Notes: generated by a model from the sequence alone, not told the origin. Counted from the first letter of the stretch, positions 53,541 through 63,718 are shown. The stretch: 64,000 nt of DNA from Minisyncoccota bacterium (GCA_041650415.1 JBAZLC010000002.1:6896-70895); one strand, 5' to 3'. Program-made: numbers and translations.

Positions 53541-55742
53541 TTATTTCTTATGCGGATTGTAGTTTGAGCAAGATTTGTCCGAACATCTTTCCGGAATGGT
53601 TTTTGTTCCTTGCATCATCAAAGAACCGCAAAGCTTGCAGATATTTCCCGTTGGTTTAGCCTTCATTATAAAATCACACTTCGGATAGTTCGAGCAAGAA
53701 TAAAACAGCCCAAATCTGCCGCGGCGCTCAACGATTTCGCCTCCGCCAGCCGGCGGACACTTCGGACAGTTAACTCCGGTTTTTGCCTTGGCTTCTTCTT
53801 CGGCACTCTTTTTAATAAATTTGCACTTTGGATAATTGGAACAAGCGACAAATCTGCCGAACCTTCCTTCACGTTCAATTAATTTCCCTTCGCATTTAGG
53901 ACATGCCTCTCCAGTTTCTTTGGGTCCTTCCATTACTGAACCGTCTATCTTTCTCGCTCCGGAACATTCCGGAAATTTCTTACAGCTCAAAAATTTTCCG
54001 GTTCGGGAAAGTTTGATTACCATCGGCCCGCCGCAAACCGGACACTTAATTTCCTTATCCGCTTCGCCTAAATCGGTTATTTTTCCGGCAGTTTTTTCTT
54101 TTTCTTTAACATCTTTCGAAAAAGGCTTATAAAAGTCGCTTAGCATTTTCTCATACTTTCTTTTTCCTTCGGCGATTTCATCCAATTCATTTTCCATTTC
54201 CGCGGTAAAAGAATCACTTATATATTTCGCGAAGTTTTTTTCAAGAAAATCACTTACCACTTCCCCCGTATCGGTGGGCTTTAACGCCTTACCCTCTTTT
54301 ATCACATAACCTCTGTCTTGAATTGTCTTTATAATGGCGGCGTAAGTGCTCGGCCTGCCTATTTCCCGCTTTTCAAGCTCTTTAATAAGGCCCGCTTCGG
54401 TATAACGGCCTGGCGGCTCGGTTTGTTTGCCTTCGCTTGAAATATCCAAAAGCTTTAAAGAATCTCCCTTGGAAACTTGCGGAAGCTCAATATCTTCTCC
54501 ACGGCTTCCGGCATCGGCTGCCAACCAACCCGGAAAAACTATAACACTGCCATTTGCCGAAAAATTCGGAATTATTTGTTGTTTGTCATTTGTGGTTTGT
54601 AGTATATTGGCCGATATTTTCGTTCTTAAAATTTTGGCGTCTGCCATTTGCGAAGAAATTGTCCTTTCCCAAATCAATCTATAAAGTCTTTTTTGCTCTT
54701 CATTCATTCCGGCGGATTTTTTCGCCGCGCTTGCCGGCCTTATGGCCTCGTGCGCTTCCTGGGCATTTTTACTCTTTGAAGAATAAATTCTCGGCATCAA
54801 ATAATTTTTTCCGAATTCCTTTTCTATTGCCTGATAAATCTGCGGCAGCGCTTCTTTACTTAAATTGACGCTGTCCGTCCTCATGTAAGTTATCAGCCCT
54901 TGTTCGTATAATTTTTGAGCAATACCCATTGTCCGGGAAGGCGAAAAGCCCAAACGCGAACTCGCCGCTTGCTGCAAAGTGGCGGTAATGAAAGGCGGCC
55001 GCGGAGAACGTTTAATTTCCGTTTGACCGACTCCGGTTATTTCCCAATTGTTTTTTTGAGCGATTTCAACAATGCGGTTTGTCGCTTTCTCGCTTTTAGG
55101 CTCCTCATCGCAGACAAGAATTATTTTTTTACCGCTTTTCGTTTTGAATTCTCCGGTTATAACCCAAAAATCTTCCGGGACAAAAGCGCGGATTTCCCTT
55201 TCTTTTTCCATTATTATTCGCAAGGCCGGAGATTGAACTCTGCCCGCAGACAACCCGTAACGCACCTTTTTCCAGATAAGACCCGAAAGGTCATAACCCA
55301 CAAGCCTGTCTAAAACCCGACGCGCTTCCTGCGCTTTTACCAAATCGAAATCTATTTCCCTGGGATGCTTAATCGCTTCATTAATCGCCGGTTCGGTTAT
55401 CTCGTTAAAAGTTATTCTTTTTACTTTTGAATTTTTCTCACCGTTTAAATCGAGTGCTTCAACCAAATGCCAGGCTATCGCTTCACCTTCCCTGTCCGGG
55501 TCGGTGGCAAGAATCACTTGTTCGGCTTTTTGAGAATCGCTTTTTATATCAGCGATTATTTTTTCCTTTCCTTTTATATTTTCGTAATGTGGCAAAAAAC
55601 CGGCCTCGATATCTATGGCCTTTTTATTGCTTTTCGGCAAATCACGGACGTGTCCGATACTCGCTTTAACCACGTATCCATCAGGCAAATATTTTGAAAT
55701 TGTTTTTGTTTTCGCCGGAGACTCGACTATTAAAAGCTTCAT
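53541..55742 (-). CDS. topA: DNA topoisomerase I
   Basis: MKLLIVESPAKTKTISKYL Toprim N-terminus; active-site region; multiple C-terminal C4 zinc ribbons. Confidence 0.9.
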   Translation of the reverse strand: MKLLIVESPAKTKTISKYLPDGYVVKASIGHVRDLPKSNKKAIDIEAGFLPHYENIKGKEKIIADIKSDSQKAEQVILATDPDREGEAIAWHLVEALDLNGEKNSKVKRITFNEITEPAINEAIKHPREIDFDLVKAQEARRVLDRLVGYDLSGLIWKKVRYGLSAGRVQSPALRIIMEKEREIRAFVPEDFWVITGEFKTKSGKKIILVCDEEPKSEKATNRIVEIAQKNNWEITGVGQTEIKRSPRPPFITATLQQAASSRLGFSPSRTMGIAQKLYEQGLITYMRTDSVNLSKEALPQIYQAIEKEFGKNYLMPRIYSSKSKNAQEAHEAIRPASAAKKSAGMNEEQKRLYRLIWERTISSQMADAKILRTKISANILQTTNDKQQIIPNFSANGSVIVFPGWLAADAGSRGEDIELPQVSKGDSLKLLDISSEGKQTEPPGRYTEAGLIKELEKREIGRPSTYAAIIKTIQDRGYVIKEGKALKPTDTGEVVSDFLEKNFAKYISDSFTAEMENELDEIAEGKRKYEKMLSDFYKPFSKDVKEKEKTAGKITDLGEADKEIKCPVCGGPMVIKLSRTGKFLSCKKFPECSGARKIDGSVMEGPKETGEACPKCEGKLIEREGRFGRFVACSNYPKCKFIKKSAEEEAKAKTGVNCPKCPPAGGGEIVERRGRFGLFYSCSNYPKCDFIMKAKPTGNICKLCGSLMMQGTKTIPERCSDKSCSNYNPHKK

Positions 55743-56617
55743 TTTATTGTATATCCTTGGCTTGTTTCCGTTAATATTCCCCTTATCACAAGCAAGGCGA
55801 TAATTTGATTAACCTTTTGCGGTTCAAGTCTAGTAATTTCGACTACTTTGTCAACCCCAACAGGAAAACCCGCTTGCTTCACGACTTCAAAAATATTTCT
55901 TTCTTCTTCTTTTAATTCACTCGCAATTTCCGTTTTTTCCGCTTTGAAATCCAAACCTAAATCTTCAAAAACATCTTCTATTGAACTTATAAGCATCGCT
56001 CCATCCCTGATAAGTTTATGAGAACCTAAATAATTTGAATGATTCATCGGTCCGGGCGCCACAAAAACTTCTCGGCCTTGTTCAGCCGCCAAACGCGCCG
56101 TTACAAGCGCTCCCGACCGTTCCGGCGCCTCGATGACAATAGTGGCATTACTTAATCCACTAACTATGCGGTTGCGTTCAAGAAAATTATTTTTAAAAGC
56201 TTCCGTTCCTGATGGATATTCGGAAATAACCGCTCCGCCGGTTTTAATTATTTTTTTTGCCAAATTCTCATTTTGCCGAGGATAAACCATATTCAGGCCG
56301 CAAGCCAAAACGGCGATTGTCCTTCCTTCTCCCAAAAGCGCGCCTTCATGCGCCGCCGTGTCTATTCCCATGGCCAGACCGCTTACCACGATAATTCCTT
56401 TTTTGGCGAAATTTTCCGCCATTTCTTTGGCTATTGCCCGGCCATAAGCCGTTGCCTTGCGCGTACCAACAATGGCGATTTTCGGCCGCTTAGCCAACGA
56501 CTCATCCAAAAAATTCCCCAAATAAAAAATTTCTTTGGGCGGATTCGAAATTTCCTTAAGTAAATCCGGATAATCAGTACCACCAAAAGAAACCTGATTG
56601 ATTTTTAAAGCATTCAT
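55739..56617 (-). CDS. dprA: DNA processing protein DprA/Smf
   Basis: IVSGLAMGIDTAAHEGALLG Rossmann-fold motif; the conserved dprA-topA arrangement. Confidence 0.85.
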   Translation of the reverse strand: MNALKINQVSFGGTDYPDLLKEISNPPKEIFYLGNFLDESLAKRPKIAIVGTRKATAYGRAIAKEMAENFAKKGIIVVSGLAMGIDTAAHEGALLGEGRTIAVLACGLNMVYPRQNENLAKKIIKTGGAVISEYPSGTEAFKNNFLERNRIVSGLSNATIVIEAPERSGALVTARLAAEQGREVFVAPGPMNHSNYLGSHKLIRDGAMLISSIEDVFEDLGLDFKAEKTEIASELKEEERNIFEVVKQAGFPVGVDKVVEITRLEPQKVNQIIALLVIRGILTETSQGYTIK

Positions 56618-56650
56618 CTTATAATTATAATGTAGGTTAACAAAAAAGAT

Positions 56651-57166
56651 ATGGATTTTAAGAAACGTTTATTGATAACAATCGGCATCCCTCTGGGAAT
56701 TTGTGCGCTTTTAATCGGAGCGACAATTTTTATCGGCTTTGATATCGGCGATCGGGCGACAAACGCAAATGAAAAAAGACTTACTTTTATTTCCCGGCTG
56801 GCGATTGCCGATTCTTTGGCATCTTTAAAAAAAGATTCCGAACAAATCAAAAGCTATTATACTGTTATTGAAAATATATTGCCGAAAAGGGACCGTCTTG
56901 TTCTTTTTCCAAGAGATATAAATACTATCGGAGCACAAAATAATTTGGATATAAATATTACCTTGGGACAAGGAGCTGTCGGCGGCGAAGGCGGATACTG
57001 GGACACAAAATTCAAAATAAACGGGAAAGGAACTATTGAAAATTTTATCAATTTCATTAAAAAACTGGAAAACGGCCAATATTTAATCGGTCTCGAAAGT
57101 ATTGACTTTACGAGAGAGGGTGATAACTTTAAAGCGCTATTAAGCGGTGATGTTTTCTCAATGTAG
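56651..57166 (+). CDS. hypothetical bitopic protein, weakly PilO-like
   Basis: N-terminal TM; the C-terminal pattern (ENFINFIKKLENGQYLIGLESIDFT...NFKALLSGDV) loosely resembles the C-terminal domain of the pilO-like gene at 12291..12863. Confidence 0.3.
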   Translation: MDFKKRLLITIGIPLGICALLIGATIFIGFDIGDRATNANEKRLTFISRLAIADSLASLKKDSEQIKSYYTVIENILPKRDRLVLFPRDINTIGAQNNLDINITLGQGAVGGEGGYWDTKFKINGKGTIENFINFIKKLENGQYLIGLESIDFTREGDNFKALLSGDVFSM

Positions 57167-57168
57167 CC

Positions 57169-57369
57169 ATGTTTAAAAACAAACAGGAATTGATATTTAT
57201 AGCGACTAGTATTTTACTTATTTTGTTTTTAGGGTTTTTTATTTTTAATTCTGTCAATTTCTTGTTTGATAATACGACAAAAGCTCTAAGCCAAGACATT
57301 TCCCAAACGCAAAAAGACGCCAAATTCAACATAGACGGATTGAAAAAATTAGGCATTATACCGCAATAA
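57169..57369 (+). CDS. hypothetical small membrane protein
   Basis: 66 aa, one TM; adjacent to the previous ORF. Confidence 0.25.
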   Translation: MFKNKQELIFIATSILLILFLGFFIFNSVNFLFDNTTKALSQDISQTQKDAKFNIDGLKKLGIIPQ

Positions 57370-57379
57370 ACCAAATTTT

Positions 57380-57500
57380 GGGTGTGTAGTTCAATGGATT
57401 GACCGAAGGAATTTTACGAAGTAAAATTCTTAATCGGTCAATGGGCGATTACATTAATAAAAATTGAAAATCGCCCTGGAAGAATGCTGTCCTGACCCGC
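57380..57500 (+). pseudogene. tRNA-Ile-like 5'-half remnant interrupted by nested palindromes
   Basis: GGGTGTGTAGTTCAATGG (14/18 identities to the tRNA-Ile 5' end) ... GAATGCTGTCCTGA (13/14 identities to the tRNA-Ile D/anticodon region). The two are separated by palindromes ATTGACCGAAGGAATTTTACGAAGTAAAATTCTTAATCGGTCAAT and GGGCGATT...AATCGCCC. No 3' half follows. Confidence 0.35.
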
Positions 57501-57523
57501 CCGCCGAATATAACGAAATTTTT

Positions 57524-57595
57524 GGGCACATAGTTCAGTGGTAGAACGCTGTCCTGATAAGACAGAGGTCCCAGGTTCGATCCCTGGTGTGCCCA
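57524..57595 (+). tRNA. tRNA-Ile (anticodon GAU), no encoded CCA
   Basis: GGGCACA-TA-GTTC-AGTGGTAGAAC-G-CTGTC-CTGATAA-GACAG-AGGTC-CCAGG-TTCGATC-CCTGG-TGTGCCC-A. Confidence 0.85.
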
Positions 57596-57597
57596 CA

Positions 57598-57634
57598 ATA
57601 AACCCCCGCCATGGCGAGGGTTATTTTTTTCTTC
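57598..57634 (+). terminator. terminator after tRNA-Ile
   Basis: GC hairpin ACCCCCGCC-ATGG-CGAGGGTT followed by ATTTTTTTCTTC. Confidence 0.45.
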
Positions 57635-58613
57635 TAATAGCTTTCTTTACAGCGCTTATGATATCTTTAGGCTCAAGGCCGTATTTTTTCCATAAATCCT
57701 TCGGCAGCGCGCTTTCTCCAAAAACGTCTTTTGTACCGACAAATTCCATCGGTACTGGATAGCTTCTTGCTAAAAGTTCCGCCACTGCTCCGCCCAATCC
57801 CCCTAAAATGGTATGTTCTTCCACGCTTACAACCGCGCCGCATTTTTTTACCAATTCAATTATTTTGGTTTCATCAAGTGGTTTTATCGTGTGGCTATTT
57901 AAAACAACCGCTGATATTTTTTCTTTTTCAAGTTCCTTGGCTGCCAAAAGCGCGTTATACAAAACCGGTCCGCAACCAATAATCAAAATGTCCGGCTTTT
58001 TGCCGCCAACCGCGGACTGCCAAAAAATTTCCGCTTTGCCTATCGTAAATGACGTTTCTTCCGACGTAAAAACCGGAGTTTTCTCACGGGCGAATCTTAA
58101 GTAAACCGGACCGGATATTTTAGCGGAAAAAATCGTCGCCTTTCTCGCCTCAATCGCGTCTACCGGAACAACCACTTTCATATTCGGAATTGTCCGCATT
58201 ATGGCAATATCCTCAAGAGCCTGATGCGTCGCGCCGTCAAATCCGGTCAATAAACCCGTGTGATGGCCGGCAATTTTAACATTGGCATCATTATAAGCGA
58301 TTGCCGTCCTAATTTGCTCCAATGTTCTGCCTGGAGAAAAAACCGCATAAGTCGCCATAAAAGGAATTTTTCCGGAAACCGCCAAACCCGCGGAAACTCC
58401 AACTAAGTTTTGTTCCGCCACGCCAACCTGAAAAAATCTTTTTGGAAATTTTTCGGCGAAAAAATTCATCCGGCAAGAATTTGAAACGTCTGCCGAAACT
58501 CCGACTACATTTTCGTTTTCTTCGCCCAATTTAAGCAATCCCTCGCCAAATCCATCGCGGGTCGCCTTTTGTTCTATTTTTTCCGTAAAAATTTTATCCG
58601 ATAAATTTTCCAT
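57621..58613 (-). CDS. transketolase, C-terminal subunit
   Basis: Pyrimidine-binding and C-terminal domains (GVAEQNLVGVSAGLA...); split-subunit transketolase. Confidence 0.9.
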   Translation of the reverse strand: MENLSDKIFTEKIEQKATRDGFGEGLLKLGEENENVVGVSADVSNSCRMNFFAEKFPKRFFQVGVAEQNLVGVSAGLAVSGKIPFMATYAVFSPGRTLEQIRTAIAYNDANVKIAGHHTGLLTGFDGATHQALEDIAIMRTIPNMKVVVPVDAIEARKATIFSAKISGPVYLRFAREKTPVFTSEETSFTIGKAEIFWQSAVGGKKPDILIIGCGPVLYNALLAAKELEKEKISAVVLNSHTIKPLDETKIIELVKKCGAVVSVEEHTILGGLGGAVAELLARSYPVPMEFVGTKDVFGESALPKDLWKKYGLEPKDIISAVKKAIRRKK

Positions 58614-58614
58614 A

Positions 58615-59487
58615 TTAATCGGTTTCTTCTATTTTTCCTTTTAATGTTTTTATTTCTCTTAGAGCTTCTTCGGCTTGTTTTTTATTTAAAGGCGAAGCGT
58701 GCCAGTGATAATCGAATTCCATAAAATCCACTCCCTTGCCGGCAATCGTATGGGCGATTATAACGGTCGGCTTTTCAAAAACCGCCCGAGATTCATTTAC
58801 CGCGGAAACAAAATTTCCGATATTATGACCGTCGACTTCCAAAACATGCCAGTTAAAAGCTTCGTATTTCTCCCGCAGAGATTCAAGCGGCATTACATCT
58901 TCCGTAAAACCGTCGCTTTGAATATTGTTCCGGTCTATTATCGCCGTTAAATTGCCTAGTTTATATTTTCCCGCAAGCATTATCGCTTCCCAGGTATTTC
59001 CGCAATTATGCTCGGCATCAGACATTAAACAGTAAACTTGATATTTTGACCGTAATGAATTTGCCGCATCAAGTTTAGCCGCCAGAGCCATACCCGCGGC
59101 CTGTGAAAGCCCCTCGCCTAAAGGACCGGAAGAAGTTTCAATCCCCGGCAGCGCCTTTCTATGAGGATGACCTTGAAGTCGGCTATTTAATCTTCTTAAA
59201 GTTTTTAATTCTTCAACCGGAAAATAGCCCGCTCTCGCCAAAGCGGCGTATAAAACCGGACAAATATGGCCGTTTGATAAAACCACTCTGTCCCTTTCCT
59301 CCCAATTCGGCTTTTTAGGATTGTGTTTTAAAACGTGAAAATAAAGCGCTGAAAATATATCAGCCATTGCCAAAGAACCGGCTGGATGACCCGAACCGGC
59401 GTTTAAAATCATTTCAATAACGTCTTGCCTCAACAAACAGGCCGTGCTCTCAAGAAATCTATTTTTTTTATCGTTTAAAATTTCCAC
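58615..59487 (-). CDS. transketolase, N-terminal (TPP-binding) subunit
   Basis: GHPAGSLAMADIFSALYF; TPP motif region GDA...N. Confidence 0.9.
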   Translation of the reverse strand: MEILNDKKNRFLESTACLLRQDVIEMILNAGSGHPAGSLAMADIFSALYFHVLKHNPKKPNWEERDRVVLSNGHICPVLYAALARAGYFPVEELKTLRRLNSRLQGHPHRKALPGIETSSGPLGEGLSQAAGMALAAKLDAANSLRSKYQVYCLMSDAEHNCGNTWEAIMLAGKYKLGNLTAIIDRNNIQSDGFTEDVMPLESLREKYEAFNWHVLEVDGHNIGNFVSAVNESRAVFEKPTVIIAHTIAGKGVDFMEFDYHWHASPLNKKQAEEALREIKTLKGKIEETD

Positions 59488-59499
59488 TATTTTGATTTA

Positions 59500-59952
59500 T
59501 TAAACTTCGTTTTCAATTTCGCCGATTTTTCTAATTCTTCTTTTGTGCGGCTCTTTTCCCGAAAAAGCGGTCGCCAGCCAAGTGCCCAAAACTTTTTCCG
59601 CGTCTTCCTCGCTTAAAAAATCTGCCGGCAAAGACAAAACATTGGCGTCATCGTCATTGCGCGCCGCAAACGCCTGGTCCGGACTAAAAGCCAAAGAAGA
59701 ACGGACTCTTTTAAATTTATTCGCCACTATATCCACGCCCACGCCCGAACCGCAAATTAAAATTCCTTTCCGAGCATCCGGATCTTGACTCACGGCATAA
59801 CCGACAAGCTTGGCGAAATCGGAATAATCGTCATCCTCGTCAAGTTTGGCGTTTCCAACATCAATCAATTCATAACCTCTATTTATCAAAAATTTTTTTA
59901 GGGACTCTTTAAGATTGAATCCCCTATGGTCGGCACCAATGTAAATAAGCAT
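59500..59952 (-). CDS. rpiB: ribose-5-phosphate isomerase B
   Basis: MLIYIGADHRGFNLKESL and active-site Cys in ILICGSGVG. Confidence 0.85.
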   Translation of the reverse strand: MLIYIGADHRGFNLKESLKKFLINRGYELIDVGNAKLDEDDDYSDFAKLVGYAVSQDPDARKGILICGSGVGVDIVANKFKRVRSSLAFSPDQAFAARNDDDANVLSLPADFLSEEDAEKVLGTWLATAFSGKEPHKRRIRKIGEIENEV

Positions 59953-59955
59953 ATT

Positions 59956-60969
59956 TTATATTGCCTTTAATATGTGCCTCAAAAGCATCGAGGCATAACC
60001 CCACTCATTATCGTACCAACTTAAAACCTTAACCAAATCGCCGTCTACAACCTTGGTAAATTTCAAATCGACTATCGCGCCGTAAGGCTCGGCAACGATA
60101 TCCGAAGAAACAATTTGCTCTTCAACTGTTTTCAAAATTCCCTGCCAGCGCGGCTCTTTTTCGGCTTTTCTGAAAATTTCGTTTATTTCCTCGACTGAAG
60201 TTTTGCGCTTCGCCACAAAAGTAATATCCGCTATTGAACCGACAACCACCGGCACTCTTAAAGAAATGCCGTCGAACTTCCCTTCCAACTCTTTAAACGC
60301 CCGCGTTACGGCGATTGCCGCGCCCGTTGTCGAAGGAATAATGTTTTGCGCTCCGGCTCTGCCCCGCCTGAAATCACTACCCTTTACCGGTGAATCAACC
60401 ATGGTCTGCGTATTGGTATAAGCATGAACCGTATTTAAAATCGCTTTTTGAATGCCGATACTTTCAGCCATTATCGCGATAACGGGATACGCGGCATTGG
60501 TCGTGCAGGAAGCGTTTGAAGAAAGATTGCAAGTTTTCAAATCGGCATCGTTTAAACCGACAAGAATTGTTTTGCCTCCACAAACTCCGTCCGCATCTTT
60601 AGCCGGCGCGGTCAAAACGACTCTTTTGGCGCCCGCGTCCAAATGCACTTTGGCTTTTTCAAATGATTCAAAAACTCCGGTCGATTCAATAACCAAATCA
60701 ATTCCTAAATCTTTCCATGGAAGCTTTAACGGGTCTTTTTCTTGAACAAATTTGATTTTCTTCCCATCAATAATCAAATATCCATTCGCCTTGTCGCATT
60801 CAACACTCCCCTTATAAACCCTATAAACCGAATCGTATTTAAAAAGATAGGCAAGATTTTCCAAATCGCCCAAATCATTTATAGCAACAACTTCGATTTT
60901 CGGCTCGGAAAGAACCTGGCGCAAAAACAATCTACCAATTCTTCCAAAACCATTTATAGCTATTTTCAT
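59956..60969 (-). CDS. gap: glyceraldehyde-3-phosphate dehydrogenase
   Basis: MKIAINGFGRIGR; active site ASCTTNA. Confidence 0.9.
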   Translation of the reverse strand: MKIAINGFGRIGRLFLRQVLSEPKIEVVAINDLGDLENLAYLFKYDSVYRVYKGSVECDKANGYLIIDGKKIKFVQEKDPLKLPWKDLGIDLVIESTGVFESFEKAKVHLDAGAKRVVLTAPAKDADGVCGGKTILVGLNDADLKTCNLSSNASCTTNAAYPVIAIMAESIGIQKAILNTVHAYTNTQTMVDSPVKGSDFRRGRAGAQNIIPSTTGAAIAVTRAFKELEGKFDGISLRVPVVVGSIADITFVAKRKTSVEEINEIFRKAEKEPRWQGILKTVEEQIVSSDIVAEPYGAIVDLKFTKVVDGDLVKVLSWYDNEWGYASMLLRHILKAI

Positions 60970-60973
60970 ATCG

Positions 60974-61456
60974 CTAATTATACAATTCCCTTAGTTTAAA
61001 AACAACAATACCAAAAGCCACCGCGACATTTAACGATTCTTTCTTCCCAAACATTGGAATTTCCAAGATTTTGTCTGTGTGTTTTAAAATTGAAGGCGGC
61101 AAACCCTTAACCTCATTTCCTAAAATTAGTGCTAATTTGGCCCGCTGTTTGTTGTTTGTAGTATGTAGTTTATAGTACGGCACAGATTTTTTGCTTTGTT
61201 CAACCGCGAAAATTTTATATTTTTCTTTTTTAAATTTATCTATCAATTTACTTGTCGATTTCACCTTTTCCCATTCAATATATTTTTCCGCGCCTAAAGA
61301 AACCTTGGTCAATTGCTGCCGCGGCCTGCCAAAAGAATCTATCGGCGCTGGCGTAATGCCGCATAGATATATTTTTTCAACTCCGGCCGCGTCCGCGGTG
61401 CGAAAAATAGAACCGACATTATGCAGACTTCGGATATTATGAAGAATAATAATCAT
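60974..61456 (-). CDS. SpoU/TrmH-family RNA 2'-O-methyltransferase (TrmL-sized)
   Basis: 160 aa; SPOUT motifs (LILGNEVKGLP..., EIPMFGKKESLNVAVAFGIV). Confidence 0.7.
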   Translation of the reverse strand: MIIILHNIRSLHNVGSIFRTADAAGVEKIYLCGITPAPIDSFGRPRQQLTKVSLGAEKYIEWEKVKSTSKLIDKFKKEKYKIFAVEQSKKSVPYYKLHTTNNKQRAKLALILGNEVKGLPPSILKHTDKILEIPMFGKKESLNVAVAFGIVVFKLRELYN

Positions 61457-61461
61457 ACTGT

Positions 61462-62694
61462 TTATTTTGTCGCATTATATATCGCTTGAATTTCGACAGC
61501 TGAAAGGGCGCGGTTATAAATACGAACATCGTCTATTTTGCCGTTAAAATAGTAAGAGTCTTTGCCCACAGTAACGTTATAATTAGATATATAAATATTG
61601 GAAAAACCTAAATTCGTTCTCTCGTGGTCAAGATTTCCATTGCGATAAGTAGCTCCATAGGTTCTACTACCATCAAAAATATGAACCATATGCATCCATG
61701 TCCCTAATGGTATTATCGTCCACCCAAGGTCGTCGGGATAGGAATAAGTTGAATCATCTCCTTTTCTTATAAAGAAATATCCCGACCCGGTACTTGTCAT
61801 CCCCGACATCCAAGACCTACCAGCAATGGGAGCATAGCCCTTTTCTACGACGGAAGTATAATTACCTGCCGGATATGAATTTATATAAACCCAATATGCA
61901 ATAGTAATTTTATTTGTAATATTTTTTAAGCTGTTTGCATTTCCGCAATCCACATAATCATTATTTCCGTCAAACGATAAAGCATTACCTACTTTGCCTT
62001 GCGCTTCATACGTAACACCTCCGGATTGAGTTCCATTGTTCCCATGACCACTTGAGTCATAGAGAGTTCCGGATGCTTCATCAAACTTCCAGTAGCCGAC
62101 AAGACCATGAGTAAAAGGTGAAAGGGTAAGGTTGCTGCCTATCTCATATTGCGCAAAATCAGCTCCGCCGTCTGTAGCGGCGTTTGTTGCGTATTTAGAA
62201 GATTCGAATATTGTAGTTAATTCCCAGCTGCCTCCTGTGACGTACGTATAGTAATTACCCGTAGAAGTAGTATTGATAGGGTCTGCAGGCAAAGAACTCA
62301 AAGGATTGGTAAATGAAATATCGGAGAAATGAACCGGTATCCATCCCGTGCCATCGGTTTTTCTGTAGTTTGTCGTATTGGAACAAGCATAACTCCAGCC
62401 TGTAGGTAGAATAGGAAGTCCTAAATTGGCGCAGGTAGCCGAAGAATCGGGAATAGAGACGTATACTGTGTTTATAGAACCTATACTTGTGCCTCCATCG
62501 GCTTGATACAATCCTATAGCGCTATGAATTGTCTGCAGGTCCGACATTCTCGTTGAATCTCTGGCAGATTTCATATATTCACCTGGATTCAGAGTTATGA
62601 CTACGACTGCGGCAAGAATTGCCAAGATGGCGATGACTATAACAAGTTCGATTAAGGTGAAGGAGTTGGGCTTCATAAGAAAATTATAGCACAA
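61462..62694 (-). CDS. type IV pilin-like protein with a C-terminal LamG/concanavalin-A-like domain (putative pilus adhesin)
   Basis: N-terminal FTLIELVIVIAILAILAAVVV prepilin motif; C-terminal LVGYWKFDEASGTLYDSSGHGNNGT...ALSFDGNNDYVDCGN...GKIDDVRIYNRALSAVEI is the classic LamG signature. Confidence 0.7.
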   Translation of the reverse strand: MCYNFLMKPNSFTLIELVIVIAILAILAAVVVITLNPGEYMKSARDSTRMSDLQTIHSAIGLYQADGGTSIGSINTVYVSIPDSSATCANLGLPILPTGWSYACSNTTNYRKTDGTGWIPVHFSDISFTNPLSSLPADPINTTSTGNYYTYVTGGSWELTTIFESSKYATNAATDGGADFAQYEIGSNLTLSPFTHGLVGYWKFDEASGTLYDSSGHGNNGTQSGGVTYEAQGKVGNALSFDGNNDYVDCGNANSLKNITNKITIAYWVYINSYPAGNYTSVVEKGYAPIAGRSWMSGMTSTGSGYFFIRKGDDSTYSYPDDLGWTIIPLGTWMHMVHIFDGSRTYGATYRNGNLDHERTNLGFSNIYISNYNVTVGKDSYYFNGKIDDVRIYNRALSAVEIQAIYNATK

Positions 62695-62730
62695 AGAGAT
62701 GAAGTGCTTAAGATTAAAAAATGATATATC

Positions 62731-63714
62731 TTAAATCAGCCCTACTTTTTTCTTAACTTCCAAGATTTTTTTATTGGCGATTGCCTCGGCTTTTTTAGAG
62801 CCGGACTCCAAAGCCAAGCGAAGTTTTGCCGGATTTTTAAGCAAAGCCAATTTCTTTTTTCTAAAATCCGCGAAATAATCAGTAATGAGTTCCGCCAAAT
62901 CGTTTTTTAAAGCCGAATAATTATTGCCCGCGAATTTATTCTCCAATTTTTCAATTTTATCTCCGCTTAAAGCCGAATAGATTTCCAGCAAATTGCTTAT
63001 CGCCGGCTTGTTTTTTTTGTCGTATTTTATTTCCGAGCCGGAATCGGTTACCGCTCTTTTGATTTTATTTTTTATTTCTTCCGGAGAATCATCTATAAAA
63101 AGGCAGCCTTCGGGCTGAGATTTTGACATTTTCTTTTCAGGATTTTGTAAACTCATTACCCGAGGAGTTTTGGTGTGTAGCCCGTGTGGCTCAACAAAAA
63201 TTTTTCCGAATTTAGAATTAAATTTACGGACAAGTGTTCTTGTAAGCTCTAGGTGTTGTAGCTGATCGTCACCGACAGGAACAACTTTCGCGTCGTAAAG
63301 AATAATGTCAGCAGCCATAAGTACCGGATAATCAAAAAGGCCAATATTAATATTTTCTTTTTGGTTACCGCTTTTATCCTTAAACTGCGTCATTCGTTCT
63401 AATTCCCCCATTGGTATTACAGTATTTAATATCCACATTAACTCGCTATGCGCGGAAATTTGAGATTGCTGAAAAATTACCGATTTTTTCGGGTCTAACC
63501 CAGCCGCCAAAAAATCAGCGGTCAAATTTAAAATCTGCTTTTGTTTTTCTTTAGGATTAAACTCGCCCGTCAAAGAGTGCAAATCGGCGATAAAAAAGTA
63601 GCACTGATATTTCCCCGAATTTTGCAAAGCGACGAAGTTTTTCAACGCTCCCAAATAATTTCCGATATGAAGTTTTCCTGTCGGCTGAATGCCTGAAACT
63701 AAAATCGGTTTCAT
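62731..63714 (-). CDS. trpS: tryptophan-tRNA ligase
   Basis: HIGH-type motif TGKLHIGNYLGA; KMSKS present. Confidence 0.9.
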   Translation of the reverse strand: MKPILVSGIQPTGKLHIGNYLGALKNFVALQNSGKYQCYFFIADLHSLTGEFNPKEKQKQILNLTADFLAAGLDPKKSVIFQQSQISAHSELMWILNTVIPMGELERMTQFKDKSGNQKENINIGLFDYPVLMAADIILYDAKVVPVGDDQLQHLELTRTLVRKFNSKFGKIFVEPHGLHTKTPRVMSLQNPEKKMSKSQPEGCLFIDDSPEEIKNKIKRAVTDSGSEIKYDKKNKPAISNLLEIYSALSGDKIEKLENKFAGNNYSALKNDLAELITDYFADFRKKKLALLKNPAKLRLALESGSKKAEAIANKKILEVKKKVGLI

Positions 63715-63718
63715 AAAT

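Noticed and set aside
49850-57400. Possible chromosomal origin near parAB
   Set aside because: Gene orientation does not switch from minus to plus across the region; genes downstream of parB return to the minus strand. I could not find DnaA-box-like TTATCCACA clusters. No dnaA or dnaN in the window.
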